DNA of 64,000 nt from Obrimoposthia wandeli (GCA_977020255.1 CDROCS010002432.1:1-64000); one strand, 5' to 3'. Counted from the first letter of the stretch, positions 9,945-20,018 are shown. Translations and numbers: made by a program. Notes: generated by a model not told the origin, from the sequence alone.

Positions 9945-10564
9945 TTTGCAAGCAGGCCAGCTTCAGTTGTTGGCATAGCGACAAAGCCATCAAGCGCTTC
10001 AATATTCTTTAAAAGACGCTGAACATTTGGGTAAGGTGATAACGAGACGTTGCCTTCTGGCGCATGGGCGGTGTAGCTATAAATGGCAATGTCTGCGATT
10101 GTTGGTGTGTTACCCACAAGAAACTCACGCCCTTGCATGTGCATGTCTAATTTACTCAGGGCTTTTGCGGCAATTACCATGGTGTACTCAACATTGATTG
10201 GCGCATTAAATACAGTGATCAACCTCGCTGCCGCAGGTCCAAATGCAAGCTCACCAGCAGCCAGCGTAAGAAACTTTTGAATGTCAGCTTCAATGATTGG
10301 ATCGTTGGGCAAAAAAGTGGGCGCATATTTTTTCGCTAAATAAACCAAAATAGCATTGGAGTCAGATATAACCACGTCACCATCTTCAATAACCGGTACT
10401 TGGCCCAGTGGGTTTAGGGCGAGAAAGGGCGCTTCTTTGTGCTCACCTGCAGGTAAGTTAACTATATTCACCTGGTGCTTAATACCTGCAATAGCTGCAA
10501 ATAATACCACTCGGTGTGCGTGTCCTGATAATGGGAAACTATGAATTTTTATGGTGTTCGACAT
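9941..10564 (-). CDS. Glutathione S-transferase family protein
   Basis: LSGHAHRV, NPLGQVPV, SDSNAILVYLA, PTIADIA motifs. Confidence 0.92.
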   Translation of the reverse strand: MSNTIKIHSFPLSGHAHRVVLFAAIAGIKHQVNIVNLPAGEHKEAPFLALNPLGQVPVIEDGDVVISDSNAILVYLAKKYAPTFLPNDPIIEADIQKFLTLAAGELAFGPAAARLITVFNAPINVEYTMVIAAKALSKLDMHMQGREFLVGNTPTIADIAIYSYTAHAPEGNVSLSPYPNVQRLLKNIEALDGFVAMPTTEAGLLAK

Positions 10565-10721
10565 GATTAATTCCTTGAGTATTGGTTAGGTTAAGTTGCT
10601 CGTTGTATTGAGAGTTAAATAGTAGAGCTAATGTTACATGTAGACAATATGGTGGAATATGGAATTACTATGTACAATATGTTCATAAAGGTGGTGCTAA
10701 CCACAATCAAAAAGAGTAATC

Positions 10722-11630
10722 GTGATGGACACCATTGATGGCATGCGTACTTTTGTTGCTGTGGCTAAGCAAAAGTCATTTACTAGCGGCGCTAAACTTA
10801 TTGGCATTAGTACGAAACTGGCCAGCAAATACATTGGCCAGCTAGAAGAACGGCTTGACGCACAGTTGTTTCATCGTACAACGCGTAGTGTGACATTAAC
10901 GGAAACAGGGCAGGCTTACTTTCTAAAATGTGTACCGGTATTAGAGCAATTTGCTGAACTTGAAGATGTTGTTCAGCAGGGGCAGTCTGAACTTGCTGGC
11001 GTGATAAGAATAACCGCACCGACCGGTTTTGGCAGCACTAAGCTTGTAGAGGCGTTAGCTCCCTTTCAAAAAATGCACCCGAAAGTGAGTATCGATATGC
11101 GTTTGTCTGACCATATTGTCAGCATAGTGGATGAAGGAATTGACTTAGCTATTCGCTTTGGCAAATTAGAAGACTCAACCATGATCGCCAGAAAGCTTAT
11201 GGATATGCGTATTGTCGTATTTGCCTCACCAGATTATTTAGCTGAATTTGGTCGGCCGAAACATCCGAGTGCTTTATCGACCCATAATTGTCTTTTACAA
11301 CAATTTAGTCTTGAACCCCATCATTGGCAGTTTAAAATTGCGGGCGAGATGAAGTTATACCCCGTGATGGGCTCATACAGTGCAAACTCACCTCGTGCGG
11401 TTGCTCACATGGCGGCTGCTGGATTAGGCATTGGCGCGGCCCCAGCGTATGTAGTGGAGTCGTATATAAAAGAGGGATCGTTAACGTTATTATTTGAAGA
11501 TAACGAAGCACGTATTATTCCGTTGCATGCGGTATACCCATCCGGCAGGCATTTACCTAAACGTATTCGAGCGTTAATAGAGCATTTAGCTATGGTGTTT
11601 AAAGCATCCTCGCTTGGGCCGAGAAACTAG
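10722..11630 (+). CDS. LysR-family regulator, divergent from the GST operon
   Basis: N-terminal HTH (SFTSGA...LEERL..LFHRTTRSV), DEGIDLAIR. Confidence 0.93.
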   Translation: MMDTIDGMRTFVAVAKQKSFTSGAKLIGISTKLASKYIGQLEERLDAQLFHRTTRSVTLTETGQAYFLKCVPVLEQFAELEDVVQQGQSELAGVIRITAPTGFGSTKLVEALAPFQKMHPKVSIDMRLSDHIVSIVDEGIDLAIRFGKLEDSTMIARKLMDMRIVVFASPDYLAEFGRPKHPSALSTHNCLLQQFSLEPHHWQFKIAGEMKLYPVMGSYSANSPRAVAHMAAAGLGIGAAPAYVVESYIKEGSLTLLFEDNEARIIPLHAVYPSGRHLPKRIRALIEHLAMVFKASSLGPRN

Positions 11631-11796
11631 AACTCAAAATGTTTTGGTGCTTTATCTGTTGTTCAGGCGAGTATAGACAAAGAATAGGTTTTAATTAAAA
11701 TAGTCGAGTAATCAAGTAATTGAATAACTAAAGCCCTTAACTAAAATGCTTTAGTGAATTCACTATCTATTATCCATACACATTAATTTCGCTCAT

Positions 11797-11834
11797 AAAA
11801 AAACTAGCTATGCATTAAGCAAAGCTAGTTTTTT
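11797..11834. terminator. Bidirectional terminator
   Basis: AAAAAAACTAGCT...AGCTAGTTTTTT between convergent genes. Confidence 0.7.
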
Positions 11835-11919
11835 ATCAGTATTATCAAAGGCAATATTATAACGAGTTGATTAATTTCTATTTATTTTTTCTCATAAAAA
11901 AGTAGAAAAGAGAATCAAT

Positions 11920-14646
11920 TTAATGCGTTTTATTTATATCCTCTGGTGTTATTTCAGCATCAGGCTTAGTACGTTGAATATTTTCATATTTAGTCGCTTT
12001 AACCTGAGCGGGATCAGCCATTTGGTCAATGTATTTTTGGGCAACGCTAGCATCAATAACTTTTTTACCTTGATGCTGCACGTTATAGCGAGATAAATAA
12101 AACCAAATATCTTTTGCTTGAAAGTCTTTAATGACTTCGCCTTTTTGTGATTTGGCGTAGTTATCTTTAAAGCCATCGCTTTGCACATAACTGACTAAAC
12201 GCTTGATTTCGTCTTTGGTCAATGTACCGCCAACTTTATCACCGTTACCTATGCCAAAGGCTGGCATAGAGGCAGTAGGGTTGCCTGAATAAACGAAACC
12301 TTCCATCGCTGCTGCAGGGTATGTCATGAAGTTCTTCAAAGGCTTACCGTCAATACCTTCGCCATTTTGACCATGGCAAAGCATACAGTTTGCTTCAAAA
12401 ATCTGCTTACCAGACAAATTATGTTGTGTACCTTTACCTATAAGTATTGGTTTTGAAGGCTGTAAAGGAATACTAGAGCCATCAGTACGTATTAAGTCAT
12501 CTCGTTTTACTAAACCGGCAGCATTTGGATTAAACAGCGCCAATTGTGGTGCCTGTTTAAGTGCAGGGTGATGTGCTATCGAAAAGTTCATCGCAACGTT
12601 TTTAACATTTTCACCTTGGTGAATATCACCTTCAATTGCATCGAATACTGCGTTTGAACTTGCGCCTAGGTTTATTTTTACTTCACCAGACATTACTGGA
12701 GCTGCACCATACTCACCATGAGCAGCACTTACATAAGGAATGCCATCAGCATCGTCATCACCGTTACCATAGCCAGTAAATATTTCACCCGTTGATTGAT
12801 GCTCAGATAATAATAATCCACTTTGATTAACGGTTTGAACCCACCAACGAGTCATGTGCTCTACTTGGTCTTCTAATAAGTAGCTCGGTGTTGTGAACAT
12901 TATTTCGCGTAAAGCCGCCATAGTAATACCAACAGAATAAGGCGTAATGGTGGCAATATCGTTATTTAGCTCACTACGATAAACCCCATCTCTTACTTGC
13001 CAGTAGTTTTTGTTGACATGGTTATATGCTTTTCGAGCTGCGACTAAGTATTTATCGTCACGGCTCGAGTAATACGCGGCAATTAGTGCGCGAATAGCTT
13101 CAAACTGTGACGTGCCGATATCGCGTTGACCATTAGCTTGTCCTGAAGTGCTATAACTGCTGTTAAAACTACCGTTAGTATTTTGCACTTTCACTAAAAA
13201 GTTAGCGTTATTAACTAATAATACTTTTGCTTGCTCAACAAGTTCAGGCTTGCGCCCCATGCTCTGCCAAGATTGCGCCATATCATTAACTGCCACCATT
13301 GCCATGGCCATATCTTTTAAGGTAATGCTTGAGCCTTTACCTTCTTCAGGATGCCATTGAGAAACAAGAATGTTGTTATCAGTATGCATGGCTTGAATAT
13401 TTTTAAACACGGCATTGCCAATTGACTCAGCAAGTAAACCGGTACGCTTTTCAACTAAACCACCATCTACCGGTGGATTATCAGTAAAAAAGTCACCACG
13501 ACGGTCTGCTGCTACAGCATAAGCAGAAGTTGCCCATACCCATGATGCTTGATCCCATAACTGACTGCTGGCGTCTTGCATGTCCATTGCCCAAACACGT
13601 TCAGGAATGTCACCAACCCATAATAAGTTTGGCTTTATTTCATGCGGTAAGTACTTAAAGCCATCTTTAGGATCATAAGTTTCGGTGTTAAGGCCTATAA
13701 GTTTTTCACCATCAGTAAACATTGATGACTTCACTTGTAACATGGCATTTAACGCACTCATGGTTAAGCCCCAGCCGCGCATGCCTTCTTCAGCGTCATT
13801 ACCGAGTAATGATACTTCTTTATGCTTCGATATATGCGTGGTACCGGTATGATTTGCTTGAAAGAATCGGTCTAACCATTGTGAACGGCGTTTAACAAAT
13901 TGGCCGATAGCACCTAAGTTAAATGTGGTGTCCATATCTCCATGATCAAAGCGCTGCGGTAAGTCGTTAAAGTAGGTGTTAGGTACTCCCCAACCTCCTT
14001 TTTTACCACTAATAGGATCATCAAAGCTATCGGTGTTATCTAATTTACCAGTAAAAAAGGGTTGTACTGATTTATATTGTAAGTAGGTTGGTTGAATATC
14101 ATCAAAAACGCGAGGAAACCCCGTTCGCTGATAAACCAAAGGTAATTCCATACCTAATAAAATGTCTTTATTTGAGAAGTTTCGTTCACCTCGGTCACGT
14201 AATAACTTATTGAACTGACTTTGTTTTTCAGCTTTTATGCTAAAATAAGGGCCATGCACCATATGGACACCCGAATGACTACGTCCACCAATATAATCAA
14301 GTAAGTAACGGGCATAAAAGTACATTTCACGGGCAGTCACCCACTGAAAGGCTCTTTTATAAGCGACAGGAAAGCTTGCTTTAACCATGTCGTTATAGCC
14401 TTCCATGCCTGTTTTATAACCTTCATTTGCCATGAAAGTCGCTTCGTTAGTATAAAAAGTACGATCAATGATCTTACTGTTAATCTTCGAACGGTACTGC
14501 GATAAGTCAGGTTGTGAGAAGCCCCCTTTAATGGCTACGGTACGCTGGTCTGAGGTTAATATATAATTTTTCGCAATCGCCTGAGTGATGAATGCACAGG
14601 TAATTGAGATACAAAGTGTTTTGACGATAAATTTTTTATTTTTCAT
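11920..14646 (-). CDS. Exported 908-aa protein: unknown N-domain, (alpha/alpha)-toroid-like region and C-terminal monoheme cytochrome c
   Basis: Sec signal ending AIA; AIRALIAAYYSSRDDKYLVAARKAYNHVNKNYW helix pair; DDDADGIP acidic loop; CMLCH (coded at 12373-12387) with SMPAFG as candidate distal Met. Confidence 0.7.
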   Translation of the reverse strand: MKNKKFIVKTLCISITCAFITQAIAKNYILTSDQRTVAIKGGFSQPDLSQYRSKINSKIIDRTFYTNEATFMANEGYKTGMEGYNDMVKASFPVAYKRAFQWVTAREMYFYARYLLDYIGGRSHSGVHMVHGPYFSIKAEKQSQFNKLLRDRGERNFSNKDILLGMELPLVYQRTGFPRVFDDIQPTYLQYKSVQPFFTGKLDNTDSFDDPISGKKGGWGVPNTYFNDLPQRFDHGDMDTTFNLGAIGQFVKRRSQWLDRFFQANHTGTTHISKHKEVSLLGNDAEEGMRGWGLTMSALNAMLQVKSSMFTDGEKLIGLNTETYDPKDGFKYLPHEIKPNLLWVGDIPERVWAMDMQDASSQLWDQASWVWATSAYAVAADRRGDFFTDNPPVDGGLVEKRTGLLAESIGNAVFKNIQAMHTDNNILVSQWHPEEGKGSSITLKDMAMAMVAVNDMAQSWQSMGRKPELVEQAKVLLVNNANFLVKVQNTNGSFNSSYSTSGQANGQRDIGTSQFEAIRALIAAYYSSRDDKYLVAARKAYNHVNKNYWQVRDGVYRSELNNDIATITPYSVGITMAALREIMFTTPSYLLEDQVEHMTRWWVQTVNQSGLLLSEHQSTGEIFTGYGNGDDDADGIPYVSAAHGEYGAAPVMSGEVKINLGASSNAVFDAIEGDIHQGENVKNVAMNFSIAHHPALKQAPQLALFNPNAAGLVKRDDLIRTDGSSIPLQPSKPILIGKGTQHNLSGKQIFEANCMLCHGQNGEGIDGKPLKNFMTYPAAAMEGFVYSGNPTASMPAFGIGNGDKVGGTLTKDEIKRLVSYVQSDGFKDNYAKSQKGEVIKDFQAKDIWFYLSRYNVQHQGKKVIDASVAQKYIDQMADPAQVKATKYENIQRTKPDAEITPEDINKTH

Positions 14647-14665
14647 TATTATGCTCTTTCCTAGC

Positions 14666-16159
14666 TTAAAGAATCGTACTGATAGAAAAACGGAAAATTG
14701 ATTCAGGTGCAGGACCTAAATCAGGTTCAATAACACGAAAGAGTGTTGATAACGTAAAGCGAAGTTGAGGATTTGGACTGAAAATTATAGAAGGAGCAAT
14801 AAAGCCTGTTAAACCTCCAGAAAATCCAGGTCGATGCCCAACATCAAAAACAAAGGCTTCTTCGCCAACACTGCCACAATTACTCACTACACCAATATCG
14901 GCGGCAATACAGGTATGAATTTCTGGCTCAGGAATGTTGCCTGAATACGTATCTTCTTCACGATCGAAAGCAATTAAACTTAAATCAAGAGAGAGGTAAT
15001 CTTTATAGATAGGCTTCACGAAAGAAGTGAAATAGGTAGTAATGTCACCGGGATCAATGCCATCACTTTCTGAGACGAACTTATGGCTAAAGCCACCATG
15101 TAGTGCGGAACGTCCTAGGAAACTATTAGCAGAAAATTGCTTGGTCAAAAATGCACCAACTAAGAAGCTGGTTGATCCGGTACCTGACTGTAAAATAGCA
15201 GGTAAACGACCATCGGCAGAAAAACGACCAAAAACACCATTGTTAAACGGGAAATCGCCAACAAATGAATTATCGAAATTTTGACCGCCAGGAGAAAAGC
15301 TTTGTACGCCTAATGAAGGAGCACTAAAGGCCGGATTGTTATTACACAATTCCCTATTATCAATATTAAAATTCCTGAAGAAACAACGACCATCGCCCCA
15401 AGTGCCATTTTCTACATTGGCTCTTTGTACGGCATCAAAACCTTGCGCAGCTACGGTATTTGGTGGCTGAGGACGACGAGCACTGATTCTACCATTGCTA
15501 CCAAAAGTCGCTTCATTACTGCCTGTTGGTAAAAATACCGCACCCACTACAGCTAAACCAAAACCGCTATTAGCTTGATCCAGAACCTTTTTCTTTAAAA
15601 ATATACCTACATCACCAATGTGAGAAGAACTACCTGCATTTTCTAAACTGATAAACGATTGGCCGTTAGGGTTAATGGAACCATTTGTTTCTACATTGCG
15701 ATAAGGTAAATTAACTCGTAATGTGAAACTGTGTAAGTATTTTCTATTTAAATCAAAACCGTAAAATAAATCTAGATCTGATAATTGTCTGTTAACTTTA
15801 AAATTACTAAAAATATCAGTGTTGGGATCGCCATCTTTAAAAAAGTCATTTCCATCAAGTGATAGATGACGCTGAGAGAAATCTAACCTGAAGGAACCTG
15901 GTGGTAAAACATAGGCATGTTGAGTAACAGCAGGTGTTAACAACGGAGGAATAAAGGTTTTTATTTGATGACCAATTTGCTTTCTGTCATGTACGTAAAA
16001 GTCATCACTGCCATAGATACTGTCTGCTGTACCAAGCGTGAGATAATCGTCAATGCTACTCTTTTTTACTTCTTCAGCAAACGTTGCTATCGGCGCATTT
16101 AATAGTAGGGCCAATAGCAGCTTTTGCCTGAGTTTTAATTTTTTATGGTGCATTTTCAT
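14666..16159 (-). CDS. Outer-membrane beta-barrel, probably Phenol_MetA_deg/COG4313-like channel
   Basis: Signal peptide; IGDVGIFLK, FLPTG and LQSGTGS family-like motifs; alternating amphipathic strands; two Cys pairs. Confidence 0.65.
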   Translation of the reverse strand: MKMHHKKLKLRQKLLLALLLNAPIATFAEEVKKSSIDDYLTLGTADSIYGSDDFYVHDRKQIGHQIKTFIPPLLTPAVTQHAYVLPPGSFRLDFSQRHLSLDGNDFFKDGDPNTDIFSNFKVNRQLSDLDLFYGFDLNRKYLHSFTLRVNLPYRNVETNGSINPNGQSFISLENAGSSSHIGDVGIFLKKKVLDQANSGFGLAVVGAVFLPTGSNEATFGSNGRISARRPQPPNTVAAQGFDAVQRANVENGTWGDGRCFFRNFNIDNRELCNNNPAFSAPSLGVQSFSPGGQNFDNSFVGDFPFNNGVFGRFSADGRLPAILQSGTGSTSFLVGAFLTKQFSANSFLGRSALHGGFSHKFVSESDGIDPGDITTYFTSFVKPIYKDYLSLDLSLIAFDREEDTYSGNIPEPEIHTCIAADIGVVSNCGSVGEEAFVFDVGHRPGFSGGLTGFIAPSIIFSPNPQLRFTLSTLFRVIEPDLGPAPESIFRFSISTIL

Positions 16160-16567
16160 ATCCTAAATAATTTCTTACTACTGATAGTGAAAAATTATTC
16201 TACGGATACTAAAAGTTATTTCTTAACAGAAATAGACGCATTCTATAAAGAAATCATCACGAAGGTATCACGTAAAAATGATAACTTTTTATGAAAGAAA
16301 ATATGAAATGTACGGTCACGAGTGTTTTATTTTTTGAGGGAATATAGCTAACGTTAAAAAGGTTGGTTTATATGACTTTCATTTCTCACTTTAGCGAACG
16401 TAGCTTTTTTGTGTTGCATGGCGTTTAGTTAATGTGTCGTTTCAGTTTTTAAACAGTGTTTAGATCAGCGCTTATATCGAAACTTACACTGGCATTTATA
16501 TTTGTATCAATATGATCCGTAATATAAATGCCAGTCGCTATTTTAAGCGTTAAGCACCCATGCCTAT

Positions 16568-18931
16568 TTATCTATTTTGTAGGCGATTATAATCAAACAG
16601 TCCGGCTTTGAAAGGATGCTGTTTTTTATTGTCAGCATGCACGGTGTCGCTGTGTTGCCAAAAGTTTGGATTGGTTCGGCGAATTGCGTATTGGTCCATT
16701 AACTTTTCATAATCTGCTTGCGTACTCAATGCTGACACCAACTCAACATAACTCGACACTTGCGACTCGTTAATATTGATAAATACATCAGGATAAGCGC
16801 CCACTAAACCATGTGTCACGGTTAGGGTATCTAGCTCAGGTAAGCGGTTATCGTCTTCACTGAGTAAGCTGGTGATGTTGCTATGGCTATTGTTTCTTAG
16901 CAGGGTGTAATAGTGTGTTTTGTCAGACCCTTGTATCGATAAGAAGGTGATCGGTGGCAATAATGTTACTGGCCCGCCGACTAGGTTTTGTAACTTGTCT
17001 AACGCTTGGTGATGGCTGCTAGGCGTTTTTTCATTTGATAGATTATTTTCCGTCGCAAGTACTGGCTCAAGTTTTTGCTGTAATAACTGATACAACTCTT
17101 GTTTGTATTGCGTGGTTTTATAATCAATACCAGAAGGCTGAGAGAATAACTTATGTGGGGCAAGTAAGTACTCTTTTTGACTGTCAGATACACCTTGGTA
17201 CCATTTACTGAGTTCAGTTTTTCTTGTTTCTGGTGGTAGCAGTGCTAGAAAGTTGAATTCGCCTTCTATACGTAAAAAATCCATATATAAACGAGTATTT
17301 AATTGATGGCCAATATTGCCATAAACATCAAAGCCAGCGGCTAATAAATAATGAATACGCTCTAATAAACCATAGTCAATTACCCACGATGTTTGTGGTG
17401 GACGTCCGACTAAACCTTTTACTACGGTGGCGGAGTCAATATGTCGAAAGATAGTTAAGGCGGCATTAGGGTTTTCATCGTCGCCAGCCCAAATTTGATC
17501 TGTCGTTAAATGTTCGCCACCAGGAAAAACTTTATTCATCGTGGTTGCTTTATCATGCATGAATTTTTGTTGTAGCTTAGAATATTTTAACCAGTTAGCT
17601 AAAATATAGGCGTTACTTTCAGCTGCTGAAGGTAGGGCTAATTGATCTTGTTGTGCGTTATAAAATGCCGAATGTTCCTTAGCATCTTTCTCATTCGGGT
17701 TAACAAAAAACACCCAAAAATGATCATTAATGACATTTAAAGCGACTTGGCCTCGACAGACTGGGCTTTTAATGAAGTTCATGATGGTAAATTCTGCTTC
17801 TTCAAGCAAAAATTTGTAACGTGCGATGGATGGAATTTCTTCAAAAGCTTTGAAAGGATTTGAAGCAACTTCTGGCTTATACGAAGGCAAACGTGTGACT
17901 TGATAGTTATCTTGTAAAAATAGCTGGCTATATTTTTCTAGTCGCTCGTTGTTTAAAGCGTAAGGCATGTGCGTTTTTTCTAAAATGGTGCCACGTTCGC
18001 GCCAAAGACGATAATAAACGCGGTCTACGCCAGGTTCGTCGTAAGGTCGGCGCGTTGCAATCATATCAATGGCTTGTCCTGGTGGTGTTTTTGAGCGCAC
18101 AACTTTAAAGAACTCTCCAGCCGGTAATTCTGAGAAATACAGGTGGGCTATAAACCAATGCTCGTATAGGTAACGACTGACCAGCCTTTCTTTTAAGCTA
18201 TCACCATTTAAAAAGTTTTCCCACAAGGTTACTTGCTCAGTGTAAGTATCATCTAATGGTGCTTTAGGGGCCATTTTTGCGCCGCTGCGTAGCCAATCTT
18301 GTAAAATTTTATCTTCTGGTGCTGAAAGGGCTGGTAAGCCAAACGGCATGCCCCAATCAGGATTGTTCGCTACGTAGCTGTCCATTTCAACATCGGTCGG
18401 GCATTGTTGATCTCGGTCTAACGCGAAATTAAATTGCTTAGGTAACAATTTACCTTCTGGCAATGGATGTCGCTGCTTAAGGGCGAGCAATCTCGACATT
18501 ACCCCTGTTGTTTGGTTCAGGGCTGGGCTTTGCTGGCGCTCGTTAATCACCGGATAAAAGCCATTGTTGCGCCAAGCCGTTGTACTGTCTTCATCAATAA
18601 ACAATCGTTGTGGCGTTTCTGCAATTAAGCGCGTGCCGTCATAGACCCGTGTTTTACTTGCGCCACGGTCGATACCTTCTGGCGACGATAGTTTTAATTG
18701 GCAAGGAGCATCGTAACAACCATGGCAAACCACACATCGATTTTCAATGATTGGTTGTACTTGTTCATGATAAAAGTCAGCTGGGCTTGAATTGTCGACC
18801 ACCATACGCTGTTGAGGCTCAGCTATACCAAATAGGTTGTCAAAGTGATTGTTGGCAATAACGGCACAACCGCCAAGAATGGCAACGATGATGATAAGTA
18901 CAAAAGGTTTTGTCTTAAGAAAAGCTAACAT
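16568..18931 (-). CDS. cti: Fatty acid cis/trans isomerase
   Basis: Lipobox LGGC, CVVCHGCYDAPCQLKL heme motif, FIKSPVCRGQVALNVI. Confidence 0.93.
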   Translation of the reverse strand: MLAFLKTKPFVLIIIVAILGGCAVIANNHFDNLFGIAEPQQRMVVDNSSPADFYHEQVQPIIENRCVVCHGCYDAPCQLKLSSPEGIDRGASKTRVYDGTRLIAETPQRLFIDEDSTTAWRNNGFYPVINERQQSPALNQTTGVMSRLLALKQRHPLPEGKLLPKQFNFALDRDQQCPTDVEMDSYVANNPDWGMPFGLPALSAPEDKILQDWLRSGAKMAPKAPLDDTYTEQVTLWENFLNGDSLKERLVSRYLYEHWFIAHLYFSELPAGEFFKVVRSKTPPGQAIDMIATRRPYDEPGVDRVYYRLWRERGTILEKTHMPYALNNERLEKYSQLFLQDNYQVTRLPSYKPEVASNPFKAFEEIPSIARYKFLLEEAEFTIMNFIKSPVCRGQVALNVINDHFWVFFVNPNEKDAKEHSAFYNAQQDQLALPSAAESNAYILANWLKYSKLQQKFMHDKATTMNKVFPGGEHLTTDQIWAGDDENPNAALTIFRHIDSATVVKGLVGRPPQTSWVIDYGLLERIHYLLAAGFDVYGNIGHQLNTRLYMDFLRIEGEFNFLALLPPETRKTELSKWYQGVSDSQKEYLLAPHKLFSQPSGIDYKTTQYKQELYQLLQQKLEPVLATENNLSNEKTPSSHHQALDKLQNLVGGPVTLLPPITFLSIQGSDKTHYYTLLRNNSHSNITSLLSEDDNRLPELDTLTVTHGLVGAYPDVFININESQVSSYVELVSALSTQADYEKLMDQYAIRRTNPNFWQHSDTVHADNKKQHPFKAGLFDYNRLQNR

Positions 18932-19124
18932 AACAGTAGATTCAACTTATTTGGTTGGGGGGGTAGTAACAATATTTAGTCGCGTATTATAACCAAAATG
19001 CCATGTTTAGGGCTACCACAGTGCTATTTTTGTGAAATTAAAGCGGTAATAGCCAGTAATATGGCCATTAATCGTGCTGTTTTATACTTTCAATGCCGTT
19101 TAAAGTGCTGTTGTAATAACTCGC

Positions 19125-20018
19125 TCATGCATTACTATCTTGATGACAAAAGTTGATGAATTTTTTTAATAAGGGGGTTTGATATTTACTTTTATGTAGC
19201 ACTAGCCAAAACTGACGATGCATTGTGTTGGGTAAATTAACTTGAGTTACCCGACCATCTTTTAGGGCATATTGGGCTGCTAGGCTAGAGAGACAACCCA
19301 GCCCTAAGCCCGCGCCAACGCAATTTATTAACGACTCGGTGGTGTTAAGCTGAAAACTTTCGCGCCAATTTTCAATTTCTTGCGCCAAACTATGCATAAA
19401 AAAAGTACGAGAGCCTGAGCCGGACTCTCTAAGTACCCATTCCGTATTGTGTAAATCGCTAACCTCAACATGTTTTTGCTGCGCCAAAGGGTTTGACGGT
19501 GCGGCAATAACGCACATTTCATCATGATTAAACACCGTTGATAGTAAATCTTGATGCTGTGCTTGGCCTTCAATTAAGGCAATGTCGAGTTCAAAATCTA
19601 CTAACTTCTGGCAGATCAGTGCTGAATTCGAAATAAATATTTGCTGTGAATAATGCTGATGTTGCAATCTGAAACCACTTAGCATTGCCGGTAGCAGGTG
19701 ATTACCAATCGTGTCACTTGCCCCTATTTTTAAGGTGCCAGTCGCTGGAGAGCTTTGATCAAATAGTGTGCTGATATTTTGGGCTCTATTAATCAGTTCG
19801 TCAGCTAAGGGTAAAAGCTTTTGTCCTTCTTGATTTAATATAAGCCGATGGTTTACTCGGTCAAATAACGGATGGCCCAGTTGTTTTTCTAGCTCGCCCA
19901 ACGCCATACTCACCGCTGCTTTTGATAAAAATATTGCTTCTGCCGCCGCGGTTAATGTGCGGTGCTGAGTAATACCGACAAACACTTTCAGTTGTTTAAG
20001 GGAAATATTATGAGTCAT
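19125..20018 (-). CDS. LysR-family regulator (YeiE-like)
   Basis: HTH, GASDTIGNHLLP, LRESGSGSR typical of the YeiE/CysL subgroup. Confidence 0.88.
   Translation of the reverse strand: MTHNISLKQLKVFVGITQHRTLTAAAEAIFLSKAAVSMALGELEKQLGHPLFDRVNHRLILNQEGQKLLPLADELINRAQNISTLFDQSSPATGTLKIGASDTIGNHLLPAMLSGFRLQHQHYSQQIFISNSALICQKLVDFELDIALIEGQAQHQDLLSTVFNHDEMCVIAAPSNPLAQQKHVEVSDLHNTEWVLRESGSGSRTFFMHSLAQEIENWRESFQLNTTESLINCVGAGLGLGCLSSLAAQYALKDGRVTQVNLPNTMHRQFWLVLHKSKYQTPLLKKFINFCHQDSNA

Noticed and set aside
16256-16272. ATCACG direct repeat with 11-bp period upstream of the barrel gene (OmpR/PhoB-like site)
   Set aside because: Only 6 bp x2 in AT-rich DNA; expected by chance
16488-16535. 15-bp inverted repeat downstream of cti as a mobile-element end
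   Set aside because: No TSD or second copy; more simply a terminator or stability hairpin
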